DNA from: Hydrurus foetidus
Taxonomy: Eukaryota
Assembly: GCA_900617105.1 (NCBI GenBank)
Contig: UYFQ01000023.1
Location: forward strand, 620,001 to 684,000
Direction: 5' to 3'
Length of the DNA stretch: 64,000 nucleotides
Shown in pieces: positions 63,686 through 64,000 of this stretch. Position numbers and translations under genes: made by a program. Every line of letters starts with the position of its first letter. The stretch's first letter is position 1. The notes beneath the pieces are model-generated. The model was not told where the DNA came from and ran no database searches. It was given only the letters and a program-made list of their open reading frames with translations.

Positions 63686-64000
63686 ATGGACTATCCCGGA
63701 AATCTCTTTGTCGTGGCCGCCCCCAGTGGGGCTGGAAAATCTAGCTTGGTCAAAGCTTTACAGGAGCTGGATTCGCGGGTTCAACCCTCGGTTTCACACA
63801 CCACCCGCGCGCCCCGAGGGCAGGAAAAGCATGGGCGCGAGTACTTTTTTTGCTCAGAGCCTGAGTTTGATGTCATGGTGGGGCAAAACGCTTTTGTGGA
63901 ATGGGCGCATGTGCATGGCTACCGCTATGGCACGTCCAAAAAGGCCATTGAAGAGCGCATCGCCCAGGGTGCTGATGTGATTTTGGAAATTGACGTGCAG
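63686..64000 (+). CDS. gmk: Guanylate kinase (5' part, runs off the window)
   Basis: ATG at 63686 gives [25 protein letters not shown]...SHTTRAPR; not in the ORF track because it has no stop in the window. Confidence 0.93.
   Translation, partial: MDYPGNLFVVAAPSGAGKSSLVKALQELDSRVQPSVSHTTRAPRGQEKHGREYFFCSEPEFDVMVGQNAFVEWAHVHGYRYGTSKKAIEERIAQGADVILEIDVQ

Noticed and set aside
63678..63980. 100-aa ORF in the track at the window end
   Set aside because: Wrong frame; the real gene is gmk, starting at 63686.

Overview
Chromosomal window from a GC-rich betaproteobacterium. Gene order and protein sequences point to Comamonadaceae (Rhodoferax/Polaromonas-like); this is an inference. Left to right: (1) 1-10.8 kb, part of an exopolysaccharide locus (gmd, fcl, VanZ, LapG-like peptidase, PHP phosphatase, Wzc, export protein, OM beta-barrel) with a candidate sigma-54 promoter, TA-type cassettes and AlbA-gene relics; (2) 11-29.8 kb, core genes rpmF-plsX-fabHDG-acpP-fabF, rpoE-rseAB-degP and lepAB-rnc-era-recO-pdxJ-acpS-nagZ; (3) 30-48.8 kb, metabolic genes (LysR/mdlC/aldehyde dehydrogenase/Bug, glycerate kinase, deaminase, ProQ, CoA transferase, GGDEF, ureEFG, serine hydrolase, Lrp/mdeB); (4) 48.8-57.8 kb, a type I R-M island interleaved with YhcG nuclease, a small ORF and a Fic-HTH gene next to tRNA-Ser(TGA); (5) 58-64 kb, kinase-PP2C-rph-rdgB-hemW, yicC and partial gmk. 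Main unexplained signals: a dispersed ~55-60 bp degenerate element with a GCTA-N9-TAGC core, about 11 copies and mostly inside coding sequences; a 55-bp duplication of the gmd 3' end flanking a putative TA pair; and a shared operator-like motif upstream of both fic and hsdR. All calls were made by eye, with no database searches.
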